DNA from: Octopus bimaculoides
Taxonomy: Eukaryota
Assembly: GCF_001194135.2 (NCBI RefSeq)
Contig: NC_068996.1
Location: 49,672,827 to 49,724,697, forward strand
Reading direction: 5' to 3'
DNA length: 51,871 bases
A program made the translations under genes and the position numbers. The notes beneath the pieces are model-generated. The model did not search any database. It was not told the origin of the DNA and was given only the letters and a program-made list of their open reading frames with translations. Below are positions 1 through 11,095 of this stretch, in pieces (the first letter of the stretch is position 1; each line of letters starts with the position of its first letter).

Positions 1-766
1 CTATATATTTTATATATATTTTATCTATGAAGCTCAATTTAATCTTAATTTTTTATAAATTGATTCTAATTGAGTTTTTACCTGTAATTTTCGATTTTGT
101 CCCTAATATTATTATTATTATATATATATATATATATATATATAGCTTTAGGTTCAGCCCCACTGCACAGCACTTTGGACATCAGCCACAATAGTCCTGG
201 GTTTGCTTCAGAGTGAATGTGTTAGACGAAAACTGCATGAAAGTCTCGCGTATTTGTGTGCATAACCAGGTCTATGTCAAACTGTCCAACCTATGCCAGC
301 ATGGAAAGCGGATGTTAAACGATGATGATTATGATGATATACATACATAGATATATATATATAAGATTTTATAGTTTGCTTGAAGCATTGTATATGGAAT
401 ATAATGTTGAAAGATGTAAAAGGCCAAACAATGCGGATAGATTTTAAGACGAGGTAACATAAACTAAAAGTAAGTTACCTGGTAATCTTTGGTCTTATAT
501 GTATCCAATATTTCGGGACATACAAGTCCCTTCTCCAGGGTTAAAAAGGAGCTGTTCTTAGTAAGATGTGTATANNNNNNNNNNNNNNNNNNNNNNNNNN
601 NNNNNNNNNNNNNNNNNNNNNNNNNNNNNNNNNNNNNNNNNNNNNNNNNNNNNNNNNNNNNNNNNNNNNNNNNNNNNNNNNNNNNNNNNNNNNNNNNNNN
701 NNNNNNNNNNNNNNNNNNNNNNNNNNNNNNNNNNNNNNNNNNNNNNNNNNNNNNTATATATATATA

Positions 767-993
767 CTTTATTTAAAAGCAGCAGAAATATAACAAAAAA
801 ACTGTTACTCAGAGTTTCACGTTCCCGTTCATCGGGCAGTTTTGTTAGAAAAGGGATGAACGGGAACGTGAAACTCCGAGTAACAGTTTTTTGTTATATT
901 TCTGCTGCTTTTAAGTAAAGCATATTACTCTACCTCTGGCATTTGAGTACTCTTTTTTTCCGCCTTGTTGTACATTTCATGTGCTTACTCCGG
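767..993. mobile_element. (TA)n-flanked foldback element with two inverted hammerhead arms
   Basis: ~67-bp inverted arms (767-833 / 855-920) plus ~70-bp unique tail. Minus arm reads AAAACUGC-CCGAUGA-ACG GGAA CGU-GAA-ACUC U GAGU-A^ACAGUUUU; plus-arm core is broken. Confidence 0.7.
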
Positions 994-1036
<43 letters not shown>

Positions 1037-1429
1037 ACGAGTGTCTTTTTACTACTTAGCAGCTGGTGTTGGTTTGTTTATAGCCTAGTAACATAGAACT
1101 TTGGCAAAAGGGACCGATAAACTTAGTGCCATACTTCAAAAAAAGCCAATACGTACTGGGTCGATCTGATTGACAAAACCTCTGTAGGCAATGTCTCAAC
1201 ATGACTGAAGCCTAATGACCAAAACAAGATAAAAAGGAATTTGTTATAACATAGGAATCTCTTTCTTTCGGTCACCACACACACTAAACTTAACACTACC
1301 ATAAATCAAGCAGTTTTCCAACTGCTATAAATCTACTAACGTCCATAAAGCATTAAACTAGGCTTAGTCTGATCCAGGCTATATTTTGTAGGCTTATAAA
1401 CCAGATTTGTTAATTAGATATTATCAGTG

Positions 1430-1687
1430 GTCATCATCATCATCAACATTTTAATATCCACTTTTCCATGCTTGCATGGGTCAGACGATTTACTGAGGCA
1501 GACCTTCATGACAGGATGCCCTTCTCTATCACCAACCCCTGCATGTTTCCAAGTAAAGATAATATCTCCCTCTCCCCTTGACCAGACGGGTTTTCACAGA
1601 AGATTAGAAACAATGAAGGACATTGCCTGCATGATGGTGATGGCACTTGTTTGTAACTATCACACTAAGTCAGGAAAAGGGGACAGC

Positions 1688-1736
<49 letters not shown>

Positions 1737-1910
1737 ATCAACATGTTAACATCGACTTTTCAATGCTTATATGGGGTCAGAAAGAATTTGTTGAGGTAAA
1801 TTTTCTATCACCAACCCTTACCTGTTGTTTCCAAGTGAGGCAATATTTCCCCATGAATAGGCAGGTTCTTATGGAGGATTAGAAATGAAGACGAACACTG
1901 CTTGAATGAG
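1430..1910 (-). mobile_element. Two family-C-related fragments around a (CA)n tract
   Basis: catcatcatcaacattttaatatccacttttccatgc; repeated ctatcaccaaccc..tgtttccaagt at ~1527 and ~1806. Confidence 0.55.
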
Positions 1911-2085
1911 TATAACACTCTACATTGATCACATGATCGTTAGACTGAGATGGGAATCCCCCACCCCCACCACCAATGTGCTGTTCCCTGGATGTGCAAC
2001 ATCAACAACTTAACCCCTTGTTCTGGCTCAAAGTTTGATTATGAAGTTCAGGCATTTGACAGAGAACTGGAGATTACATTCTATA

Positions 2086-2450
2086 GGTGCAGGCATGGCT
2101 ATGTGGTCAAAAGGTTTCTTCCCAACCACATGGTTCCGGGTTCAGACCCACTGCATGACACCTTGGGCAAATGTCTTCTACTATAGCCTCGGGCCAACCA
2201 AAGCCTTGTGAATGGATTTGGTAGATGGAAACTGAAAGAAGCCCAGTGTGTGTATGTGTGTGTCTGTTTGTCCCCACCACCACCACTGGGCAACCAGTGT
2301 TGATGTGTTTATGTCCCTGTAACTTAGCAGTTTGGCAAAATAGACCAATAGAATGAGTACTAGGCTTTAAAAAAGTCCTTAAAAATGTCCTTCAAGGTGG
2401 TGCCCCAGCATGGCCACAGTCAAATGACTGAAACAAGTAAAAAGAAAAGA
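2086..2450 (+). mobile_element. tRNA-derived SINE family A
   Basis: A-box-like tggctatgtgg, B-box-like ggttcagaccc, CORE-like accttgggcaa, internal (TG)n, tail gactgaaacaagtaaaa. Confidence 0.85.
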
Positions 2451-2981
2451 AAAATTGAATTGAACTCTAGCAGTCTAAAATATGACAAAATAACATCATG
2501 GAGTAACAAGATTATCAAGCCAGTAACATACCAGACCTTTGTTAATTCATAGCCATACTTCAAATAATGAGTAATTAATGGTAATCACTGATGATAACAT
2601 TGATAACACAACAACAAATGATGACAACATGGTAATCCCACTCAGAAATTACTTAGTTTGTCAAAAAAAGCATAATTGGGGAGAGGGGGTTAAATGGTAA
2701 TGTTTACAATTCTACAAAAACAAAAAAAGAAAAGTTTTTTGTCCATCCGCTTTTTTGATTGTCTGGGAAAATTTTCCGGATTAATGCTTTAAACATCTAA
2801 CATTTACATTTCAGAGAAATATATATAAATTTCAACCCCTACACTACATTTTTGTCCCCATCCCACTGATTCATATCGTTTTTTTTTGTTTTTTTTTCTT
2901 CTTAAATCAGAAATTTTGACATTATTTCAGAAAAAGTTTGCAATTTTTAACAAGTAAATTAGCAAGTTAGAAAATCTCATA

Positions 2982-3385
2982 GGCATAGGAGTGGCTGTGT
3001 GGTAAGTAGCTTGTTTACCAGCCACATGGCTCCGGGTTCAGTCGCACTGCGTGGCACCTTTGGCAAGTGTCTTCTACTATAGCCTCGGGTCTTACACTAG
3101 AGCCTTGTGAGTGGATTTGGTAGACGGAAACTGAAAGAAGCCCAGTGTGTGTATGTGTGTGTCTGTGTGTGTGTGTGTTTGTGTGTCTGTGTTTGTCCCC
3201 CCAACATCACTTGACAACCGATGGTGGTGTGTTAATGTCCCCGTAACTTAGCGGTTCGGCAAAAGAGAGCCGATAGAATAAGTACTAGGCTTACAAAGAA
3301 TAAGTCCTGGGGTCGATTTGCTCGACTAAAGGCAGTGCTCCAGCATGGCCAGTCAAATGACTGAAACAAGTAAAAGAGTAAAAAG
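2982..3385 (+). mobile_element. SINE family A, full length
   Basis: ggcataggagtggctgtgtggtaagtagc...aagtaaaagagtaaaa; CpGs largely retained. Confidence 0.9.
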
Positions 3386-4229
3386 ACGAGAGCAATAACT
3401 CTACTGAAGAGCAATGTTTATTGCCACTAAAACATAGATGTTTCATAGGAACCAATTTTTAACCCCAGGAGAATGCCTCCTCCAGCTGATAGAAATAGCA
3501 GCTCACTCTGGCTCACAATATGTAATCTTGCAATAAGCAAATTAGCTTGTTAGACAATCTTTGTAAGAGATTAGAGCAGTAACTATAATGAGAAATAATG
3601 TTTATCCCCGTTTAAACATGGCTGTTCCATAGGAACTGACATTACTGCTATTTATAACCCCAGGAGGACACCTCTTCCAGCTGGTTATTCTACATAACCT
3701 GCACCCACTTTGAAATATTTTTCAGATTAACACTGGTTTGGTTGTGCGGTTAAGAAGTTTGCTTCTCAACCATGAAGCTTCAGGTTCAGTCCCCACTGTA
3801 TGGCATCTTGGGCAAGTGTTTACAACCGAAGCCCTAGGTTGTGAGTGTATCTGGTACACAGAAACTGAAAGAGGCCCATTGCGTGTGAGAGAGAGAGAGA
3901 ATATGTATATAGGTAAGTTTGCACTTCCGTCATCTCTACATATTCATTCATTGATTGTAAACAACCAGTTTTGAAAATAATATCCTTTGCTTGCAGTCAA
4001 CTATGAAAGTATGTCTGGGCTGCTTGACATGCAGTGCAATCTTGGTAAACAAAAGGCTTGCATGCAGAGTGTCATTTGTTTTCACTTTGTTGCCATAAAA
4101 CATGTCTGGGTTGTTAAGTTTAATAGATTGGGAGTTTAATAGACTGGGCTATAGAAAACTTGGCCACATGTAAGTATGGTAAAATAGGTGTTCAAATGAT
4201 TATGATGATTCACATTTTTTTTTTTCAAG

Positions 4230-4731
4230 GCTTTAGCATTTAAACCAGCCATGACCGTTTTATGTTAAAACTGGCCTCTCTCACCTACCCTACAATGTCA
4301 TTCTAAGAATAAACAATTACATCATTGAAATCTCAAAGCTATGAGATAATGCATAATTATTTCAAAACATTCCGAGTAAAAGAGCATTGCATTTGACAGA
4401 GTAACCTGAATGCTAAAGGGTTAAACCAGCCATATCTGACATCTCATACCTACCCTACAATGTCATTCAAAAAAAATAAACAATTAATCACATCATCAAA
4501 ATCTCAAAGCTATGAGATAATGTGTAATTATTTCAAAACACAGTGAATAAATAAGTAATTACATTTGAGAGAGTAACCTGAATGCTAATCAGTTAAACCA
4601 GCCATATCTGGCCTCTCTCACCTACTCTACAATGTCATTCTAAGAATAAAAAATCACATCATCGAAATCCCAAAGCTATGAGATAATGTGTAATTATTTC
4701 AAAACACAGTGAATAAATAAGTAATTACATT
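4230..4731 (+). mobile_element. Three tandem units of a TTAA piggyBac-like MITE (CCCTTTAGCATT family)
   Basis: Units start ~4230, 4421, 4593, with shared ctaccctacaatgtcattc...atctcaaagctatgagataatg; right end aatgctaaaggg-TTAA; runs into an N-gap. Confidence 0.8.
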
Positions 4732-5445
4732 NNNNNNNNNNNNNNNNNNNNNNNNNNNNNNNNNNNNNNNNNNNNNNNNNNNNNNNNNNNNNNNNNNNNN
4801 NNNNNNNNNNNNNNNNNNNNNNNNNNNNNNNNNNNNNNNNNNNNNNNNNNNNNNNNNNNNNNNNNNNNNNNNNNNNNNNNNNNNNNNNNNNNNNNNNNNN
4901 NNNNNNNNNNNNNNNNNNNNNNNNNNNNNNNNNNNNNNNNNNNNNNNNNNNNNNNNNNNNNNNNNNNNNNNNNNNNNNNNNNNNNNNNNNNNNNNNNNNN
5001 NNNNNNNNNNNNNNNNNNNNNNNNNNNNNNNNNNNNNNNNNNNNNNNNNNNNNNNNNNNNNNNNNNNNNNNNNNNNNNNNNNNNNNNNNNNNNNNNNNNN
5101 NNNNNNNNNNNNNNNNNNNNNNNNNNNNNNNNNNNNNNNNNNNNNNNNNNNNNNNNNNNNNNNNNNNNNNNNNNNNNNNNNNNNNNNNNNNNNNNNNNNN
5201 NNNNNNNNNNNNNNNNNNNNNNNNNNNNNNNNNNNNNNNNNNNNNNNNNNNNNNNNNNNNNNNNNNNNNNNNNNNNNNNNNNNNNNNNNNNNNNNNNNNN
5301 NNNNNNNNNNNNNNNNNNNNNNNNNNNNNNNNNNNNNNNNNNNNNNNNNNNNNNNNNNNNNNNNNNNNNNNNNNNNNNNNNNNNNNNNNNNNNNNNNNNN
5401 NNNNNNNNNNNNNNNNNNNNNNNNNNNNNNNNNNNNNNNNNNNNN
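4732..5445. other. Assembly gap (others: 575-754, 6717-6855, 13299-13405, 14872-14970, 32190-32199)
   Basis: Runs of N, mostly flanked by simple repeats. Confidence 1.
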
Positions 5446-5514
<69 letters not shown>

Positions 5515-5875
5515 AGAAACTATGAGGAACACACTGAAGTTGATTTGGTCAACTAAAACCCTTCAATGGATGGTCGCAGTCCAATGACTGAAACAAGCAA
5601 AACAGGTATTTCCTGACATCTACACAATGTTTAATCAAACTTTTTCTAATATTTCAGACAGAAAACTCTGGGATGTCTGATAATACAACACCCTATTTTC
5701 TTTTTAATGAAAGCAATTTGCTATTGAATAAAGTAAAAGAATATTAGAATGAAATAGATGCAAAGAAAATAAAATGAAATACCCCAATCTTTCTCTAAAT
5801 TTTGAAATAATCTGTAAATTTTTTTTTTTAATGCAATAGGGTTATCTGAAATTACAACTGTCTTTTCTTTTACCT

Positions 5876-6205
5876 CATCATCATCATTGTCTAACATCCA
5901 CTTTCCTTGCTGGCATGGGTTGGACGGTTTGACTGAGGACTACTAGCAAGCCAGGAGCCTGCACCATGTTCCAGTCTGTTTTGGCATGGTTTCTACAGCT
6001 GGATGCCCTTTTTCAATGCCAACCACTTCGAGAGTGTAGTGGGTGCTTTTTACATGCCACCGGTACAGGAGCCAGTCAAGCAGCACTGGTATTGACCATG
6101 CTCAAACGGTGCTTTTTAGGTGCCACCGGCACGGGAGCCAGTCAGGTGGCACTGGCATAAACCACGCTCGAATGATGCTTCTTATGTGCCACCAGCATGG
6201 GAGTA
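5876..6205 (-). mobile_element. SINE-like family C ((GAT)n tail, internal ~66-bp tandem units)
   Basis: catcatcattgtctaacatccactttcc..catgggttggacggtttgactgagg..tttctacagctggatgccc. Confidence 0.75.
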
Positions 6206-9128
6206 GGAAAGTAATGTCAAACCCAGAAGTAGAATATCATAACTACGTTTTGTGTGTAGGAGACAATGACAAAAGATCTGATAGATGCATTAAGAACAGA
6301 ATATTATAAGTTCTAGTCACTGATAGACAGAATATTTTAAAGGAGGAAGGGAGAGGGAGAGAGAGGGTGAAAGGCAGAAAGAGTGAAAGTGATTTGTTTT
6401 CTTTACAATATAAGTGAAAGGTTTCATATTAAACACTAGCTTAAAAGCTGCACTTCATGTAGAACTTTAAGTTAGCTCCTGCAGAAGGCTAACTGGGCTT
6501 GCAGCCCAAAACTAAAGAGAGCTAAATAGCATTACTACAATGCATGTATAATGACTATATGTCCCGGTAGTGTTAGGTCAGAGGTTAAGGACAGATGAGA
6601 ATTAATTCTGTAATGCAATCATTCTATTTTCCAGTCCCAAGTTGAATTCCAACCGTTGGCTAATTTGTCCTAAAGTTCTTATCTCAACAAAGTGAATGTC
6701 ATTTGCCCCCCCCCCCNNNNNNNNNNNNNNNNNNNNNNNNNNNNNNNNNNNNNNNNNNNNNNNNNNNNNNNNNNNNNNNNNNNNNNNNNNNNNNNNNNNN
6801 NNNNNNNNNNNNNNNNNNNNNNNNNNNNNNNNNNNNNNNNNNNNNNNNNNNNNNNACCACTTGATCACTGATGTCATCTGACAAACGCCAACCAAGATGG
6901 TGTGAATCAGCCAAGCTTTACCTGCTAAAAATAGCAACCCAAATGCTTTTTAAATTGGATCCCAATGCTGGATGTTCAAGAACCAAATGAAGGCCAAATT
7001 TTTGATCCCAGGATCATCCTGATTCCAAAAAGGTATAATATATCTATGTAGAGCAAATGTAAGCTGAGATACAGGGGTCCCAAATGGACAGATGGAATTT
7101 TGCTATTATTATTATTGTTATAGATGAAATTCAAAGCCACAAGTCACTAAAATTTGATCCTATTACAGTAATGTCAAATCTGTTCAAATGCAGGACTCAG
7201 GATGCATTAATTCAAAAGGGTCATGGATAAAACTCATGCTTTCTACAATGGTTGCTTGAAAAAAATTTGCTGTATCTTTTGGCCCCCAACAGTGTCAAAT
7301 GGGGAAGGAGTTGCACAATAAAACTAGTTTCATTAACATGGTCCCCAGAATGAATATCAATGATCCAGATGTCACAAATATAATGTAGTTTATGACATTG
7401 AGCAACTGGATCAAACATTACTACTCAATGTATGTTTCACTGTTATGGTTGCTTGGAGCTCTGAACTGGATGTTCTGTGTGACATTGGATGCTTGAACAG
7501 AATGGATCATCGAGGGAACACTTTATTGCATTAAGTTACAGAGAATTAAAGTCAAGAGTTGGTAGATGGCAAGACATTTTATAAGTGTTTGGAAAGGGAA
7601 ACAAAGAAATCAATTAACAGAGAAAGAAAAAGAGGGACTAAGGAACAAGTGAAAGACAAAGAAGACAAAGAGAGAATAAAGGGAGACAAAAGATAGAAGA
7701 AAAAAAGGAGAAAGTTGGACAACCATAAAAGGGATAAATAAAAATATAACATGGAAAGTGAAATAAATATATAAATAAATACACCCAAGTGATAGAGAAA
7801 GAGAGACAGACAAGAAAGAATAGGAAGAAAGAGAAAATGAGAGGGAGGGAAATTATAAAAAAGGGGACTCAATTGTGAGACAGTAACATATTGAATGAAA
7901 CCAAAGCAATTAGAAAATGAATGTAACCACAAATGTATACTTAAATAAGAGTAGATCATGACCGCATGTATGACAGGTGTCCAAAGTTCATTTTGTATAT
8001 TTCAAAAGATTAATTATAAACACCTTTTCTAGGTACAAAAGTATACATTCATACAGACACATAGCTACATGCTGGTGCGCACACATACACACAAACCAAT
8101 ATACAAACATACACATGGACTTAAATATTGAGGTAGTAAGGTAGATAAACACAATTAGGCTTGAAACACATTTACATGGAGCTCAAAATATAGATTATGC
8201 AACGTTTTATCTTAACAGTCATTTCCATTTCCTTAAGTGCACGAAAGGTGTTCAACAAGAGACAAGTCCAGATGAAAGTAAGTTATACTTCCCTTTTCAG
8301 GAGTGGTAAATGTGAGTTGTCTAGTAGTGTTTGCAAATATAAGGACTGGAAGAAGTGGGTGGAAATAGTGAAAGAGAACGGGTGGTTAAGTGATGAGATG
8401 AGACGAAGATACCACCTGACAAAGACCATGTATAAAAAAGATGAAGTTAATAGCTGGCAGAAGGAATAGTGTTGTCAATTAACCTAGTGGAGTAAAGAGG
8501 ATCAAAGTAGTTGTTCTCAGACAATGAAACAGTTCACATCAGAGGCAAAAAACACATAGATGTGGGGGAAAATTAAGCAGTAGGAGGAAACAAGTATGAT
8601 AAGAAAAAAGAATGAGGAGAAAATATGATTTTACATAAAGAGCAAAGGTGATATAGAATTTATGTTTGCCAGTGATAACATCAGAGAATCAATTAAGAGG
8701 TCTTATTTTGGTGAGACTCTAACCTGATGGGAACATGAAGTTTGTGACTAGACTATAATGTTATAACACAAGCAATGCTCCTTTAAAGGACAGAGTTGGA
8801 AGGGTCAACACTTAGGGGCTTTCCTACTCCTAAGAGATTTGAGCTCAGTCAGTATTTTAAGTTGGTTGATACAATTGTTTACGCCAGAGGTAAAAGCTGG
8901 TATGTACACATTTAAATAATGTGCACATACTGAGTTGGAAAACCTTTCAAATTTTTAAATGCAAAATGGCTTTTCAACACAATATTTACATGCTGTTATT
9001 TGTAGCTCATGTGCTTCGAAATATTCCATTCCAAAAAAAGAATTACTGTTCTCTCAAAAGTTTACAAAATTTTTACGACATCAAGAAGAAAAATTATCAA
9101 AAGCAAAAAGTAGAAAATCATAACTTAC

Positions 9129-9800
9129 CTTGTACATTGGGTGTGATGTTTAAAGGGTCAGATGATGTGGCATGCAAAGGTATGTGGCTTCTAGGAATCT
9201 TATTTGTATGCACTGTTTGAAGATGACCTCTGTGGTCATCATTATGGACATTTGAATTGCTCCTAGTAGCACCAACTTTTGCAAAGTTACCAAGCATTTG
9301 CATATGAGGATCTGAAGAGCTGCTTTCTAAATTCAGTCCAGCAGTTAATTGTTCAGATGCTAGTTTATCATTCCAGCCATTTAAATGATTGGTGCTTCCA
9401 ATATTCATGTGTTGCTGTACTGGTAGTGGTGGTGGTGGTGGTGGTGGTGGAAGAACTTCTTCTGCACCAACTCTGTTTGTGTATGTATTAGGTAGAGCTT
9501 GGAAATTTTGCCTATTCTGAGAAATACTGTGCGCAAACCGTTCCTCAAGAAAACTCAACCAATCTCGAAACTGGAACCGTTCGTCACTGGTAATGGCAGG
9601 ATGTATGAGAGAGAAAGATAGCAACTGACGACTTTCTTCAATGTGCACTCTGTTGTCAATAGAGTACGACAAAACTTGAGGAATTATTTGTAAGTAAGCC
9701 CTTTTTGCATCAGCATTTCCAGATCGAAGTAATGGTAAATGAGATAGAAGTTGCTTCACAGCCGTTTCTTTTGATTCAGAACATAACTGGCTGATGTAAT
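9129..9800 (-). CDS. SAMD4: Smaug/SAMD4 homologue, coding exon 2 (672 nt, phase 1-1)
   Basis: Pyrimidine tract and CAG acceptor at 9802-9801 joins exon 1 in frame (G+AT=D): DYISQLCSESKETAVKQLLSHLPLLRSGNADAKRAYLQIIPQVLSYSIDNRVHIEESRQLLSFSLIHPA, matching SAMD4A [21 protein letters not shown]...HIEESRQLLSYALIHPA. Later LNGW and HIPLHATSS motifs also match. Donor CAAG/GTAAGT at 9128. Confidence 0.95.
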
Positions 9801-10027
9801 CTGAAAAACAGAAAAAACAAAACGGTAAAGAACAAGTTACTGATGTGGTGGGCTACATGAAAATTAAAATGGAGTTATTGCTAGAACAGCCAGGCCAAAA
9901 AGGGCCCATAGAAGAATATCTCAAAAGTTAGGAATATCTTAATGAAAGCTAAAGAAATAAGGATCAAGATGGACACCATGAGGTTTCTGGTGATACCCTT
10001 AACTGTTTTCTTCCATCCATACTTCAA

Positions 10028-10246
10028 CCCTTTTGATACCAAATGTGCTGAGGCTGCCCTTGGTCTTTAGATACAGGCTTCATGTTTTTCAAGTAACACA
10101 TGCTAAAATCTTCCTGAAATTTCATGTTAATTCATCTCTCAAATACCAGCTTAATAACAACAAAATCGTTTTACTAAACTGTGTATTATTTTGAAAGTTA
10201 ATAACATCAATGGCAATGTATTTCAACAGAAATATGGTAAAAAGGA
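10028..10246. mobile_element. Reverse-oriented copy of the 24187-24408 MITE family
   Basis: cccttttgatacc...caacagaaatatggtaaaaagga-TTAA; inverse colinear with 24187-24408. Confidence 0.65.
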
Positions 10247-10493
10247 TTAATTAATATCTCACAGTTCTTCTTTTCAAACACTTTCTCTACATGACCAATT
10301 CACTTAACCAATCAACCATACACTCTTAAGCCTATTACATGATCTATTAATTCTTCAGTCTGATCTGCACATAGTGAAAAAACTTGAGCAGTGCTCCAAT
10401 CAACTTGCAAAATCCAATACCGCTCTCCAAAGTATGGAAGATCTCTTAAAAAATAAACAACAACAAACAAAAATGTTACACAGGAACAGATTT

Positions 10494-10646
10494 GGCTGTG
10501 TGGAAAGAAGCTTGCTACCCAACCACATGGTTCCGAGTTCAGTCCCACTGTGTGGCACCTTGGGCAAGTGTCTTCTACTGTAGCCCCAGGCTGACCAAAG
10601 CTTTGTCAGTGGATCTGGTAGATGGAAACTGAAAGAAGACTGCCAA

Positions 10647-10692
<46 letters not shown>

Positions 10693-11095
10693 TTTTGTAC
10701 TTGTCTCCCAACACTGTTTAATAACTGGTGTTGATTTCTTTATGTCTCCATAACTTAGCAGTTTGGCAAGAAAGAGCAATAGAATAAGCACCAGGATTAC
10801 AAAAAAAAATTTAAAAAAAGCACTGGGGTCAATTCATTTGATTGAAAACCCCTTCAGGGGGCTGTCCCAGCATAGCCACAGTCCAATGACTGAAACAAGT
10901 AAAAGATAAAAGATATACTGGGATTGATTTGTTCAACTAAAACCCTTCAAGGTGGTGCCCCAGCATAGCCACAGTTCAATGACTGAAACAAGTAAAAGAT
11001 AAAAGATATACTGGGATTGATTTGTTCAACTAAAACCCTTTAAGGTGGTGCTCCAGCATGGCCACAGTCCAATGACTGAAACAAGTAAAAGATAA
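10494..11095 (+). mobile_element. SINE family A with triplicated 93-bp 3' tail
   Basis: tgaaacaagtaaaagat recurs at 10891, 10984, 11077. Confidence 0.85.

Larger units (their letters stand above)
1..9128 (-). other. SAMD4: Smaug intron after coding exon 2 (continues beyond left edge)
   Basis: Consensus donor at 9128; no SAM-domain-coding exon recognised in 1-9128. Confidence 0.7.

Noticed and set aside
2982-3060. tRNA genes at SINE heads
   Set aside because: A/B boxes are present but there is no complete cloverleaf; they are tRNA-derived SINE heads.
3400-3450. CTGAAGA followed by a GCAAT/ATTGC hairpin and an AAACAT/ATGTTT hairpin
   Set aside because: GAAA is replaced by CACTAAAA and stem I is out of register. 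It lies in a short direct repeat (~3440/3625) but cannot be called an HHR.
6960-7560. Possible highly decayed Gypsy RT or integrase remnant
   Set aside because: Only vague motif resemblance, seen on both strands, with many stops.
7579-7959. 126-aa hydrophobic ORF
   Set aside because: Artefact of a purine-rich low-complexity tract; no splice or homology support.
10820-11095. Regularly spaced repeats as a CRISPR array
   Set aside because: Eukaryotic context; the units are whole tandem SINE tails with no unique spacers and no cas genes.
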